Shown piece after piece: positions 26,899 to 40,475 of a stretch of 64,000 bases of DNA. Both the position numbers and the translations under genes were made by a program. Under the pieces are notes generated by a model that was given only the letters and a program-made list of their open reading frames with translations, made no database searches and had not been told where the DNA came from. The stretch covers positions 6,076,001 to 6,140,000 of the forward strand of contig CM069162.1 of assembly GCA_035221665.1 (NCBI GenBank), written 5' to 3'. The stretch comes from Okamejei kenojei. Its lineage: Eukaryota. Position 1 is the stretch's first letter. Each line of letters begins with the position of its first letter.

Positions 26899-27721
26899 CC
26901 CAGACGTGGAGTGTGTGCATATGTGTGTGTGTGTGCGCGCTCCCAGGGATGATATTATTGCACTAATATAACCCAGGGTGGCACGGTGGTCCAGCAGCAG
27001 GGCTGCTGCCTTACAGCACCAAATATCCAAGTTCGATCCTGACTATGGGTGGAGTTTGCACATTCTTCCCATGACTGCGTGGGTTTCCTCAGGGTGCACT
27101 GGTTTTCTCTCACACTCCAAAGACGTGCAGGTTTGTAGGTTAATTGGCTTCTGTAAATGTTCCCGACAGTGTAGGAAGTACCAGCGTACTGGTGATTGTG
27201 CTTGGCCGGAGGGCCTGGTGCCACAGTGTATCTCCAAACAATAACAACCAAAAAAACATTGGCGGATATTCAGGATGCAGCTAGCTTAGGTGGCCCCGTT
27301 GAGAAATGGGGTGAATTCTTGCCCGATTATGCCGGTGCTCTTCTGAGATTCAGTTGCCAAAAGCTGCCAGTCCTTCTTTGAATGTTTAGGAAGGAACTGC
27401 AGATGCTGATTTATACCGAAGATAGACACAAAATGCTGGAGTAAGTCAGCGGGTCAGTCATTAAATGGGCCATTTTGGGCTCCACATTTCATCTGTTATC
27501 GCCACTGATTTGTTCTGGCCATTTCCTACCTTTAGTTCCGCTCCCCCACCCCCCCCCCCCCCCACCGCTATTTACAGTCCGAAGAAGGGTTTTTCCGACC
27601 CGAAACATCGCCTATTCTTTTTCTCCAGAGATGCTGACTGACCCGCTGAGTTACTCCAGTATTTTTGGTCTATCTCCTTTGAATGTTGTTCCATTGGCTT
27701 CATCAGGGCCCAGCTGGGGTC

Positions 27722-27972
27722 GTGATTCTGCTGTAAAGGTTTGACTGGTGTGAGGTTGCCTGTGGGGGCATCCAGCATCGGGAGGTGAGATGTGATCACC
27801 CTTTGGCTATTATCCATTCTAACTTAAAAACTGTTTGATATGTTAGGCCCACCTCAATAGAGCAAGCCAGTCAGCATCTTTTTTGACAGGATCCAACCAA
27901 GAAAAGTTGGGAGAACACCATCTGGCTCTGGAGACCAAACAGAAGACTTCTTTTAGCGTTTTCTATGATGGT
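27722..27972 (+). repeat. Local 250-bp direct duplication, copy 2
   Basis: Differs from 26649-26898 at only a few positions. Confidence 0.95.
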
Positions 27973-28254
27973 ACCGGATGTAGAGGAGTTATAAATGTTG
28001 GGACAGAATACGCTATCTCTGTATGTTCTGCTCCTGTCTGATGTGGACTCTATCTCTCCTCATAACCACAAAGCCCTTTAAACCAGGCCACGACATTTCA
28101 ACAAGAGAGAGCGAGGTGAAGTATGAGCCAAGTCTAAAGAGGATACAAGACCAGCCTTCCAGAACGGTGCTAGCCAGCACAATGCTTACGCCAGCATCAC
28201 TTCAGTAGCTGCAATGTTGACTTGCAGAATAGCCTGAAGCTCCCAGGAACAGGT

Positions 28255-28692
28255 TCCACCTCCAGATTTTCCAGACTTATTTCCCGTGGCTGCACATTTC
28301 AGGCCTCTACCTCCTTTATCTCCTCACTTCACACTTCTTGTCTTATCATCTCTGGCCTTTGTCCAACTGTCTGCCAATCAAAACCCCTCCTCACCTGTAT
28401 CCACCTATCACTCGCCTAGCTTTGCCCCACCCCCACCTTTCTTCCAGCCATCTCCATTCCCCCCGACCCCCCCCCCATTCCCCCACTATCTTCGGTTTGA
28501 AGAAGGGTCTCAACCTGAAACGTCACCCATTCCTTCTCTCCAGATATGCTGTCTGATCCGCTGAGTAACTCCAGCTTTTTGTGTCTATCTTTGATTTAAA
28601 CCAGCATCTGCAGTTCCTTCCTACACAGTGCCTGTCCATGTTCTCCAGAGATGCTGCCCGACCACAGAGTTACCCCAGCATTTTGTGTCTTT
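28255..28692 (+). mobile_element. Penelope-like terminal repeat fragments
   Basis: tgaagaagggtctcaacctgaaacgtcaccc...gcagttccttcctacaca. Confidence 0.7.
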
Positions 28693-29964
28693 TTTGTGGG
28701 TTGATGGGGCAACGTGTGTCAGTCTGGTTGTGTGTTCCATGAGAGCTCCGTGCCATGACTGCTTGCTCCAACCCAAGCCCCAACGAAACCTCTTTGCTTT
28801 AGATAATTACTTTAATTCAACTAAGGTTCTCGTCATCATATTCATATTGCTAGGAAACAGGCCCTTCAGCCCAACATGTCCATGCCGGCCAAGATGCTCC
28901 ATCTACGCTAGTTGCATTTTCCTGCGTTTGGCTCAAATTTCCATTCCATGTACCTACTCAAGTGTCCTTTAATTATGTCACAGTATCTGTTTCTACCCCA
29001 TTTGCAATTCATTCCATTTACCCTCCACTCTCCGAGTGAAAAAGTTTAGTTTGGTTAATTATTATGGTCACATCCACCGATGTACGTGAAAAACCTTTGT
29101 TTGCACGCTATCCAGTCACAGAAAAGATTATGCATGATTAGAGTCAAGCTGTCCACAGTGCACGGACATGGGATAAAGGGTATAATATTGTGTGCAAGAC
29201 ATAACAAGTTCTGATAAAGTCCGATAAAGTCCGATTAAAGACGGTTCGAAGGTCTCCAATGATGTAAATAGGAGGTCAGCACCTCTCTCTAGTTGGCGAG
29301 AGGTTGGTTCAGTTGCCTAATAACAGCTGGGAAGAAACTGTTCCCGAATGTGGAAGCGTGCGATTTCACACTTCTGTACCTCTTGCCTGATGGGAGAGGG
29401 GAGAATAGCGACTGACCTGGGTGAGACTGATCATTGGTTATGCTGCTGGCCTTGGCGAGGCAGCGGGAAGTGCAGATGTTGCCCCTCAGATTCCTATTAA
29501 TTCTTGCCCCTCTCACCTTAAACCTGTTTTTGAATCCCCTACCCTGGGTGAAAACCTTTTGTTGTGTGCTATCCAGTCAGCGAAAAGACAACATGATTCC
29601 AATCGAGCTGTCCACAGTAAACAGATACATGATAAAGGGAATAACGCAAATAATGTTTAGTGCAAGGTAAAGTCCAGTAAAGTCTGATCAAAGATAGAAT
29701 GAGGGTCTCCAATGAGGTAGATAGTACCTCAGGACTGCTCTCTAGTTGTGGTTGGACGGTTCAGTTCCGCGCTTCTCCCAGCTGAGATTGCTGACCTTGC
29801 ATTTGTAGACCTACCATCCTCGGCGTGTCATTGCACAATAGCACCTCCTGTTGGCCATACAGTGAGGCAGCAGCGATAACCCGCTGTTCCTCCACAAGTG
29901 CGATGATTCCGTACCCTGGATATCTGGGTGATTGTTCCCTGGGCAACATCATCCAGTTAATAAT

Positions 29965-30612
29965 CACAAAAAGCTGGAGTAACTCAGCGGGACAGGCAGC
30001 ATCCTCTGGAGAGAAGGAATGAGTGATGCTTCTGGTCGAGATCCTTCTTTAGACTGAGAGTCAGGGGAAAGTGAAACGAGAGATATAGGCAATGATGTAG
30101 AGAGATAAAGAACAATGAATAAAAGATACGCAAAAAAAAGTAACAATGATAAACTGTAGGAAACAGACCATTGTTAGCTGTTTGTTGGGTGAAAATGAGA
30201 AGCTGGTGCGACTTGAGGGGGAGGGATGGAGAGAGAGGGAATGCCAGATTTACTTGAAGTTAGAGAAATCAATATTCATACCACTGGGCTTTAAGTTGCC
30301 CAAGCGATAGCTCGACTGTCGGAACCTCTAATCCGGGTTGGGTCCGAACTGGGATGTCTGGAACCAGAGCTGGAATCCCCGAGGTAGAGGATGGAGGCGC
30401 AGGCAAGTAATGAGAAGATAAACGTGCTGTGGTAGCAGGAGGAATCACAGAGGGGGAGCAGAGAGAGGGTGTTGCACAGCTCTCGTCGGAGAGAGGAGGA
30501 GAACTTCCTCAAAGTAGACATACCTTGAGGAGATTTCGCACTGGCGCAGACGAAATGTGTAGGAAGGAAGTGCAGATGCTGGTTTGAACCGAAGATGGAC
30601 ACAAAAAGCTGG
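29965..30612 (-). mobile_element. Internally deleted Penelope-like element: repeat, ORF start, ORF end, repeat
   Basis: Minus strand: repeat end ccttcctacaca, then MSTLRKFSSSLRRELC...GFQLWFQTSQFGP, joined to LGQLKAQWYEY/IDFSNFK* end sequence and a second repeat. Confidence 0.7.
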
Positions 30613-30637
30613 AAATATCCAGTTAATGTTATCAACC

Positions 30638-31265
30638 GAATAGTGAAGGGCCTGGATAGAGTGGATGTGGAATGAATGTTTCTACTAGTGGGAGAGTCTA
30701 GGACCAGAGGCCATAGCTCCAGAATAAAAGTTCGGACCGAAAGGAGAAGAGGAGGAATTTCTTTAGTCAAAGGGTGGTGAATCTGTGGAATTCATTGCCA
30801 CAGAAGGCAGTGGAGACAAAGTCAGTGGATATTTTTAAGGTGGTGATTGACAGATTCTTGAATAGGAAGGTTGTCAGGGATTATAGAAGCATAAAACCAT
30901 AGAAAATAGGTGCAGGAGTAGGCCATTCGGCCCTTCGAGCCTGCACCGCCATTCAATATGATCATGGCTGATCATCCAACACAATATCCTGTTCCTGCCT
31001 TCTCTCCATACCCCCTGATCCCTTTAGCCACAAGGGCCACATCTAACTCCCTCTTAAATATAGCCAATGAACTGGCCTCAACTACTTTCTGTGGCAGAGA
31101 ATTCCACAGATTCACCACTCTCTGTGTGAAAAATGATCTTCTCATCTCGGTCCTTATGGGGAGAAGGCAGGAGAATGAGGTTGAGAGAGATCAGCCATGA
31201 TTGAATGGCAGAGCAGACTTGATGGGCCGAATGGCCTAATTCTGCTCCTGTAACTTGTGAACTCA
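30638..31265. mobile_element. CR1 3' end (+) interrupted by an opposite-strand CR1 3' end (30885-31155)
   Basis: agggcctggatagagtggatgtgg...ttat resumes at ttatggggagaaggcaggagaatg. Related 3' ends at 3620-3955, 9860-10222, 40945-41200 and 43165-43435. Confidence 0.7.
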
Positions 31266-31875
31266 TGAACCTGTGAACATGCGGAGATCGTCATGGCGCT
31301 GTATTTGACAGCTGAAAACCTCAAGCAGTGCAGAAATCAAAAGTCTGCCTTTAAATTCAATTTGGCAAACTTTCCGTTTTATTATCAAAGAAACAAATGG
31401 ATTCAAATCAGAATTTGTGCACGGGCTATTTATTTTGGTGAGTGCTATTGATTTCAACAAAAATAATTGCACAGAAATTCATCTTTAAATAATTTGCCAA
31501 GGCCAAAATAATCCTGTCTCATCCCAAGTATGCTAATGAGTGGAAATACAAAAGATGAGGATGTGGCCATGGTGGAATTATCTTCAGTTTGGAACACCCT
31601 TAAAACTTGGTCCGTGCACTTAGGGAAATTAGACAATATTGTACAATACAGGCCTGACCTCTGTCAGATCAAAAGCAATCCATTTATCCAGTGGTCTGTA
31701 AATGCCACCAGGTTTGTTCTGCAATTATTTCCATTGATTTTTTTTTTGCAGAACCTCTTACAAATATTGCTTTAAATATTGATTAATTTATCAGGCTAGA
31801 AACACTATTGTTCATAGTCTTTGTAACAATTGTTATAGATAGTAGGGTAGACAACTGACCATTCGATCACTTGGG

Positions 31876-32163
31876 CTCGTCTATTAAATCTTTCTGGCTG
31901 GTAACCTCACGACGGCTAGTGAAGAAAAAACATCCAAGGCAACTCATATGTTAAATCTTTTTGACGGAGAACCTCACTAAAACTAGTCGAAATAAACAGA
32001 AAAATGTACTACACAACTCGCACATTAAATCTTCCGACTGAGAACTTCACTAAAACTAGGCACAAAACAAAACTAAACTAAACATACAAGGCAACTTGTA
32101 TATTAAATCTTTCTGTCACAAAACCGCACTTAAACTAGTCAAAAACCAATAAAAACATACAGG
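31876..32163 (+). repeat. Diverged minisatellite, 4 units of 67-78 bp
   Basis: ttaaatct anchors at 31884, 31951, 32025 and 32103, each followed by aacctcac...ctag-like sequence and an A-rich stretch. Confidence 0.8.
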
Positions 32164-32544
32164 ACACAATCTTATAAAGAGTCCAAGAGATAGATTAGAT
32201 CACGTGGGCTATCCTGAGTGTTTTTAGTTTAGTTTAGTTTCGTGATACAGCGCAGAAATATGCCCCTTGGCCCACCAACTCCGTGCCAACCAGTGACCCC
32301 CGCACACCAACACCATCCTATACACACTGGGGACAATTTACAATTACACCAAGCCAATTAACCTACAAACCTGTACATCTTTGGAGAGAAATGTTCAATT
32401 TAAATGTTGAGATGAACATTTAAACATGTTCATCCATTTGAAGAAGGCTTTAGTGTCTTGAGGTGTAAAAAAATCCACAGATATTGGAAATCTGAAGTCA
32501 AGACAGAAAATTTAGCTGTAATCTAGCTATTTTCTACCGCCATA

Positions 32545-32995
32545 TAAATTGTTTCACCTTTCAGATGAGAAAAAGAATTGTCCCTCAACTACTATTACCA
32601 ACACTGGATTATGCTGATATTGTCTATCAGAATACATTTGATACACATCTTCAACCCCTCAATGTAGTTTATAATAGTCCCTGCAGATTTATTTTAAGGT
32701 GTCCATATCTAACTCACCACTGTTCTATGTACGAAACTCTAAACTGGTTATCCCCCCACGCTCGAAGGTGCTACCACTGGTTCCAGTTCATCTTTAAATG
32801 CATCCATTTCAATTACACTTCTTATTTAAAACAAGACCTATTACCATACACACCCTCATATTCTCTAAGATTTATTCAGCAACCTTTTTTTCATTCCAAG
32901 AACTAACAAAGAAATTGGGAGACGTGCATTTAAATTCAAAGCTCCTTCTGACTGGAACACTCTGCCTAGTACCATAAGAACTATTAGCTCATTTC
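32545..32995 (+). mobile_element. L2/Crack-like LINE ORF2 C-terminal fragment
   Basis: LLPTLDYADIVY...RFILRCPYLTHHCSMYETLNWLS...; after a frameshift, EIGRRAFKFKAPSDWN. Confidence 0.8.
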
Positions 32996-33874
32996 AACCA
33001 GCATCTGAAGCTCCTTCCTACACCCTTTGCCCATCTTTCTTTGTGCTGGAGTGTTTGTTGTGGAGAGATCAGGGACAATGGACCTAACTAATGATGGTTA
33101 AATACATGAAGGATGTTGCAAATGTTAACATTCAGTGTGCTTAATGCGCCTTCCAAAAGCAGTCAAATTTAAGTTCCTGATTTAAGCCCATCGATTTCTG
33201 AGAGCTATTGGTTGAGTTAATTCAGTTAAACTGGCTCATAAACCTGCAAGTGTTACAGCTTTGTTCAACTCAAAAAAAGTGTGAGGATAAGCCTAATAAC
33301 CACAAGCCAGGCCGTGTAATCTTGATGGGGAGACGTTTTGGAAGCAATACTCCTCAATGCATATGAAAGCTACTTTCTAAAATGGAAATTATCTTGAATT
33401 AATCTGCTGCTCAATCCCAGCTGTTATCAGGCAACTGAATCATCCTTCCACAACAGAGATTCCCATGTCATGTATCTATACATTGTAGATGGCCCGATTG
33501 TAATCATGTATTGTCTTTCCGCTGACTGGTTAGTGCTCAACAAAAGCTTTTCACTGTACCTCGGTACACGGGACCATAAACTAAACAGAACTGAACTGTT
33601 GAGGTATCAGAGAGGATGGATGAAGACAGTGTGGTTGATGCTCTGGGGTAAGTTGGTTTCCAAAGGACAGTTGACAAAGTGTCACTTAATAGCAAGGTGG
33701 AACCTATGGAATAAATTGGACATTGGTGACATGGATAAGATTAAACATGTGTAGCCCAGGTAGCTGTGAAAATCAGTGGGTTTATCATCAATGCCAGTGG
33801 ATAGTTTCAGGTTGGGACTATGCATCAGATTAATTTACATCTGTTACAGTCATAAAGTCATACAGCATGGAACC

Positions 33875-35210
33875 ATAGAAACATAGAAACATAGAAAATA
33901 GGTGCAGAAGGAGGCCATTCGGCCCTTCAAGCCAGCACCGCCATTCATTGTGATCATGGCCCGCTATCAATAACCCGTGCCTGCCTTCTCCCCTTATCCC
34001 TTGACTTCACTAGCCCCTAAAGCTCTATCCAACTCTCTTAAATCCATCCAGTGATTTGGCCTCCACTGCCCTCTGTGGCAGGCAATTCCATAAATTCACA
34101 ACTCTCTGGGTAAAAAAGTTTTTTCTCACCTCAGTCTTAAATGACCTCCCCTTTATTCTAAGGCTGTGGCCCCTGGTTCTGGACTCACCCAACATTACCA
34201 TATAACCATATAACCATATAACAATTACAGCACGGAAACAGGCCCTCTCGGCCCTTCCAGTCCGTGCCGACCATTTGTTTTCCCCTAGTCCATCTACCTG
34301 CACTCAGACCATACCCCTCCATTCCCTTCACGTCCATATACCTATCCACTTTACTCTTAAATGTTAAAATCGATCCTGCCTCCACCACTTCTGCTGGAAG
34401 CTCATTCCACACAGCCACTGAGTAAAGAAGTTCCCCCTCACGTTACCCCGAAACTTCTGTCCCTTAATTCTCATGTCAAATTGGGAACATTTTTCCTGCG
34501 TCAATCTCGTGAAACTACGCTGCACTGCCTCAATCACAAGGATGTCCTTCCCCAAATTAGGAGACCAAAACTGTACACAATACTCCAGATGTGGTCTCAC
34601 CAGAGCCCTATACAACTGCAGAAGAACCTCTTTACTCCTGTACTGAAATCCTCTTGTTATGAAGGCCAACATTCCATTAGCTTTCTTCACTGCCTGCTGT
34701 ACCTGCACGCCAACTTTCAGTGACTGGTGTACAAGGACACCCAGGTCTCGCTGTACCTCCCCCTTACCTAACCTAACCCCATTGAGATAATAATCTGCCC
34801 CCTTGTTTTTGCCACCAAAGTGGATAACCTCACATTTATCTATATTATACTGCATCTGCCTCGCATCTGTCCACTCACTCAACCTGTCCATGTCACCCTG
34901 CAACCTCCTAACATCCTCTTCACAGTTCACACTGCCACCCAGCTTTGTGTCATCCGCAAACTTGCTAGTGTTGCTCCTAATTCCCTCTTCCAAATCATTA
35001 ATATATATGGTAAACAGTTGTGGCCCCAACACCGAGCCTTGCGGCACTCCACTCGCCACTGCCTGTCATTCTGAAAAGGACCCGTTCACTCCTACTCTTT
35101 GCTTCCGGTCTGCCAACCAATTTTCTATCCATGTCAACACCCTACCCCCAATACCACGTGCTCTAATTTTAGTCACCAGTCTCCCGTGCGGGACCTTATC
35201 AAACGCTTTC
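33875..35210 (-). mobile_element. CR1 LINE RT and 3' end, interrupted by a second CR1
   Basis: ORF 34364-35059 with SGVPQGSVLGP...FADDTKLGG...[13 protein letters not shown]; 3' end near-identical to 21468-22056. Confidence 0.93.
34197..34478 (-). mobile_element. Nested CR1 3' end of a different subfamily, (TATATGGT)n tail
   Basis: accatataaccatataaccatata tail; host sequence cccaacatt|gggaacatttt is split around it. Same subfamily at 52585-52696 (+). Confidence 0.8.
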
Positions 35211-37834
35211 TGATGGAACCAGGCCCTTCAGCCCACCTGCCTGCATTTGGACCGTATCCTTCAAAGCCTTTCCTATTCGCGCATCTCTTCAAATGTCTTT
35301 TAAAGGTATCTGCCTCAACTACCTACAGCTCGTTCCATATACCCACCGCCCTCAGAGTGGAACAGTTGCCCCTCAAGTTCCTTTTAAATCTTTCCCCTCT
35401 CATTCTACACCTATGTCCTATTTGATTCTGGGTAAAAGACTGTGCCTCTGCCCTCATGAATTGATACACCACTGTAAGATCATCCCTCATTCTCCTGCGT
35501 TCCAAAATTGTAGAACAGAGGGATCTAGGAGTGCAGGCACATCATTCCTTAAAAGTGGCGTCACGGATCAAAAAAGGTTTCGGCACATTGGCCTTCATCA
35601 GTCAGAGTATTGTATGCAGAAGTTGGGAGGTCATATTACAGTTATATAAGACGTTGGTGAGGCCACATTTACATCACCATGTTCTGTTTTTGGTCACCAT
35701 GTTATAGGAAGGATGCTGTCAAGCTGGAAAGGGTGCAGAGAAGATTAATGAGGATGTTGCCAGGACTCGAGAGCTTGAGCTATAGGGAGAGGTTGAGCAG
35801 ACAGGGACTTTATTCCTTTTAGTGCAGGAGGATGAGGGGTGATCTTGTAGTGGTGTATACAATCATGAGAGGAATAGATTGGATAAAAAAAAAGTATTTT
35901 GCCTAGATCTGGTAATTGATAACCAGAGAACATAGGTTAAAGGTGAGGGGGAAGATTTAATAGGAATCTGAGGGATAATCTTTTTACACAAAGGGTGGTG
36001 GGTGTATGGAACGAGCTGCCAAGAGAGGTAGTTGAGGCAGGTACTATCGCAATGTTTAAGAAATATTTCTGACATGTGCACAAAAGTATCTCTAAACTAA
36101 ACGTCAAAATGTTTCCATTGAAACATTCTATGATATAGTTTGTCCACATTTTTTTGTCAATTTCTGGATTAGTCAGGGGGATGGGGATGGATACTGATGG
36201 GAGTTTCATGCAATCTGTTCCCACTGATAAGAAACTGATAGTCATAGAGTGACACAGTGTGGAAACAGGCCCTTAGGCCCAACTTGCCCCCACCGGCCAA
36301 CATGTCCCGTCAACTCCATTCCCACCTGCCTGCATTTTGTCCATATCCCTCTAAACCTATCCTATCCATGTACCTGTCTAAATGTTTCTTAAACGTTACG
36401 GTAGTACTTGCCTCAACTACCTCCTCCGGCAGCTTGTTCCATACACCTACCAACCTTTGTGTGAAAAAGTTACCCCTCAGGTTCCTATTAAACCAGATCT
36501 CTGATCGTGATTAAACTCTGATCATCATTTAAATGGCCAAATGGATCCAATCATGTTTTAACACATTTTGATTTCACTAGTCTGGGCTAAATTAAAAACA
36601 ACCTAAGAGCAATAATCTAAGTCCAAGTGACTGCTGAACAAAAAAGATAGGAAATCAAAGAGATTAAAAAATAATTTAATTTCTAAAGACGCCTTTTCCA
36701 TTAATGGCTAACTCACCCATCAGAAACATATCTTCATTCATCGCCATTCATGATAACATTTCCTGTGCAATTTTATGCTTTATTTACTGACAGATTTACA
36801 AATATTTTAATAGAACTAGCCTCTGAGCATCAGGTTATAATTAGTAATCTGCCATTTCAGAAAAGTGAGACTTTGGCTAAACCACCATTCCAATTACATA
36901 TGCACTCCAATGACTAGAATGCTGCCTGAATTAAAAGGGTATTAGCTGTAGGGAGAGTTTGGACAAACTTATTTCTCTGGAATGTCAGAGTTTGATGGGA
37001 GACTTGATAAAAGTTTATAAATCATGAACGGCATTGATAAGATAGACAGTCAAATTGGAAATATCAAAGGCTTGAGGGCGTAGGTTTAAGGTGAGAGGGG
37101 CAGGAAAAGATGTGTGAGGGATTTTCACCATGTGATGTGCGCCTGGAACGCACTGTCAGGGATGGTGGTGAAAGCACATATGGTAGCATCATTTCAGAGG
37201 CTTTTAGACAGTCTCATGAATATGCAGTGACTGGAGTGAAATGGGCCATTTGGTGGAAGAGAAGATTAGGTTATCTTGACATCAAGTTTGGCATGGATAC
37301 CGTGAGCTGACGGATCTGTTCTTAGCTGTAGTTTAGTTTAATTTAGTTTAGAGATGCAGCGCGGAAACAGGCCCTTCAGCCCACCGAGTCCGCACCGACC
37401 AGCGATCCCCTACACTAGGGACAATTTTTACGTTTTACACCAAGCTAGTTCATCTACAAACCTGTAGGTCTTTTGAGTATAGGTGGAAACCAAAGTTCTC
37501 GGAGAAACAATGCAGGCCATGCAGGGTGAACATACAAACTCCGTACAGACAGCACCCACAGCCAGGATCGAACCCGGGTCTCTGGCGCTGTAAATGTTGT
37601 AAGGCAGCAACTCTACCCCTGCGCCACCGTGCTGGCCTTCTGTTGGAACATGTACTATGATCTAATTCCACAATGCACATAACCCTCAGTATAATGGGCC
37701 AGGAGACGGGGGAGTGGTGTAGGATGGAACTGCAGGTGCTGGTTTAAACCGAAGATAGACACAATGAGCTGGAGTAACTCAGCGGGACAGGCAGTATCTC
37801 TGGAGAGAAGGAACGGGTGACGTTTCGGTTACTG

Positions 37835-38111
37835 CCGATTGTGCACTATAACCGGGTAAGAGGACTTAAATATGTACAGTATTGGAAAAACAGCCAATAA
37901 ACATATACTGAACAAGACACACAATAGATAGGAAAGGGCACAAAACACACAATACTTTATACATTGTAAACAAATAAAAACTTGTTCCAACCACTTAGTG
38001 GTCTCTCCGTGAAATAATGAACGTGGTCCTTTGTCCTATGACAGATTTTGTCCGCTATAACCCAAGTCCGTTATAAAGACGTTCGTAATAACAAAGGCAG
38101 ACCGTACTGTA
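37835..38111. mobile_element. Possible Tc1/mariner Tigger-like remnant
   Basis: End resembles Tigger termini (gtccgctataa, gtccgttataa, ...tactg-ta); no matching left TIR. Confidence 0.4.
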
Positions 38112-40447
38112 TAATAATCCATCCTCCGAGCAAGGCAACTCTGCAATGGAAATGTTTTCTGCTTCCAAATAGTATCAGACAAGGAATTTCTTCAGAAGTT
38201 TAAAGTGTTCCAGGCGGCAGGCGACGCAGTGGGTAGAGCTGCTGCCTCACAGCGCCGGAGACCCGGGTTCGATCCTGACTACGGGTGCTGTCTGTACGGA
38301 GTGTGTATGTTTTCCCTGTGACCGCGTGGACTCCCAAAGTTGCCTCCCACATTCCAAAGATGTACAGGTTTGTCGGTTCATTGGTTAATTCACAAAAATT
38401 GTAAATTGCAACTAGCGTGTAGGATACTGCTCGTGTACGGGGATTGCTGGTCGGCACGGACGCAATGGGCCGAAGGTCCTGTTTCCTAACTGTATCTTTA
38501 AGGACTTAAGTATAAAATCCTGAAAACTGTAACAGACTTTGAAATTATCAATGGCTGATGAATGACTGATAAGAACTTACATGAATGAATATTTTGGACA
38601 GGCACCTTGTGAGCTTGGGATGTCTGAAGAGCATTATTTACCGCTCCATGTATAAATGTATGTTGATCACTCAAGGCCCTCTGTTGCTGACTATCCATAG
38701 GATTGCAAGATGGAGTACTATAGAGGCGTTTTCAAATCGAATCCTGCAACATGGAAGCCAGCAGCTTCCTCACCAGAGTCAGGTCAGGCTCTGATTTAAA
38801 GCACGTTAGCCTCACTGCAAAATGGAAACTGCTGGTGTTGGATTAAAAACAGACCCAGAGGAATTTGCATTGTATTGGCGTTGTTTCATTCAAAAACAAT
38901 AGGGTGGTCAAATTTCCCAAATTCTTTCCCCAAGAGCCTACAAAGTGGATACATGTCCGAATCAAGATAGTCACATAACACTCTCCAATGAACAGGTATC
39001 TGTCAGCTGAATAAACCTTAGATTAGGCTTTTTTTTAGTTTAGTTTAGAGATACAGCGCGGAACCAGGCCCTTCGGCCCACCGAGTCTGCAGCGACCAGT
39101 GATCCGCGCACATTTACAATATCTTTATTTATACTAAGCCAATTAACCTACAAATCTGTACGTCTTTGGAACGTGGGAGGAAACCAAAGATCTTGGAGAA
39201 AACCCACGCGGTCACGGGGAGATCGTACAAACTCCGTACAGACAGCACCCGTAGTCGGGATGGAACTTGGGTCTCTGGCGCTGTAAGGCAGCAACTCTAC
39301 CACTGCGCCACCGTGATGCCGTTCTTAAATACACACAAAATGCTCGAGAAAGAGGGTCTCGACCGGAAACATCGCCCATTCCTTCTCTGGAGATGCTGCC
39401 TGCCCCTCTGAGTTACTCCAGCATTTTGTGTCTATCTTTGGTTTAACCCAGCATCAGCAGTTCCTTCCTACACATTATGTTTTTCTTGGTCAAGATAACA
39501 GCTTTAATATGTCCAACATGAAGATTCTGGATTATTCGGTGAATGCCGAATAATCATGTCTTGTATGACATATTAAAGATGCCTTTGAGAGGAGCTGATC
39601 GCACCGGTGTTAAGCTGAACCTTGGCAAGCCCATCCTTCAGACTACATGCAGAGGAACGCTCTCCAGTAGCCGTCCTGGGAGCATTTAGCCCAAACTCAA
39701 TAGCCACCCTGCTGCACATGTCGACCGTATGAATGCCTCGCACGCTAGCTCATCATTCAATAACGGCTGCGTGGATCGCAGTAGTTTTCTCCTTCAGCAG
39801 AACTGCTGGAGCTGCAGTTATTTTTAACCAAAGCTTTGGGACTACCAAATATCCAATATTCAGCAAACCTTTCATAACAAACGATGCCTGCTTCAAACAC
39901 CCTGAGAGTGCCAGGCTGATTAAATGATACCAGAAGTATATTCAGCTCAATCCTGGAGGTAGACCCTCAGTACTACCTACCGGAGGGTTATAAAGATGTG
40001 ATGTGCTTAGGGATCTAACAGCAAATACTCTTTATTTTTTATTCCAACTCAACGGTTTTTCTAGAAGCCCTCGGGTGATCTGGCTCTGGATAAACCTTTC
40101 ATTGGCCGTGACTTCTGCTTAACTGACAAACAAATTTATTGAACAGTAAAAGACTAAGTAAACACTGGTGGTGACACTGTACATTTTACAGTAGTTATTA
40201 AGTTTAACTGTCACCCTGAAGAAGGAGGATTAGTAATGTCTACTGCAGTAACACAGATAACACTGCTGCTTCTTTCACCAGCTACGCACTGCAAATCTCC
40301 CCAAGTGAACTTGCAATTGAGGCAGGTACAAGAAACTGCAGATGCTGTTTTTTTAACAAAAAAGTCCCGGGGTAACTCAGCAGATCAGACGGCATCTTTG
40401 GAGAACATGGATAGGTGAAGTTTCAGGTCTGGACTCATCTCATCGGT

Positions 40448-40475
40448 CTGAAGAAGTGTCCCGACCCGAAACGTC
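40448..40475 (+). ncRNA. Hammerhead motif within inverted Penelope-like repeat pair (40330-40600)
   Basis: ctgaagaagtgtcccgacccgaaacgtc; upstream GGT can pair with downstream ACC (helix I). Confidence 0.65.

Noticed and set aside
31876-32163. CRISPR-like array
   Set aside because: Cores are too divergent and the linkers are mutually similar A-rich sequence.
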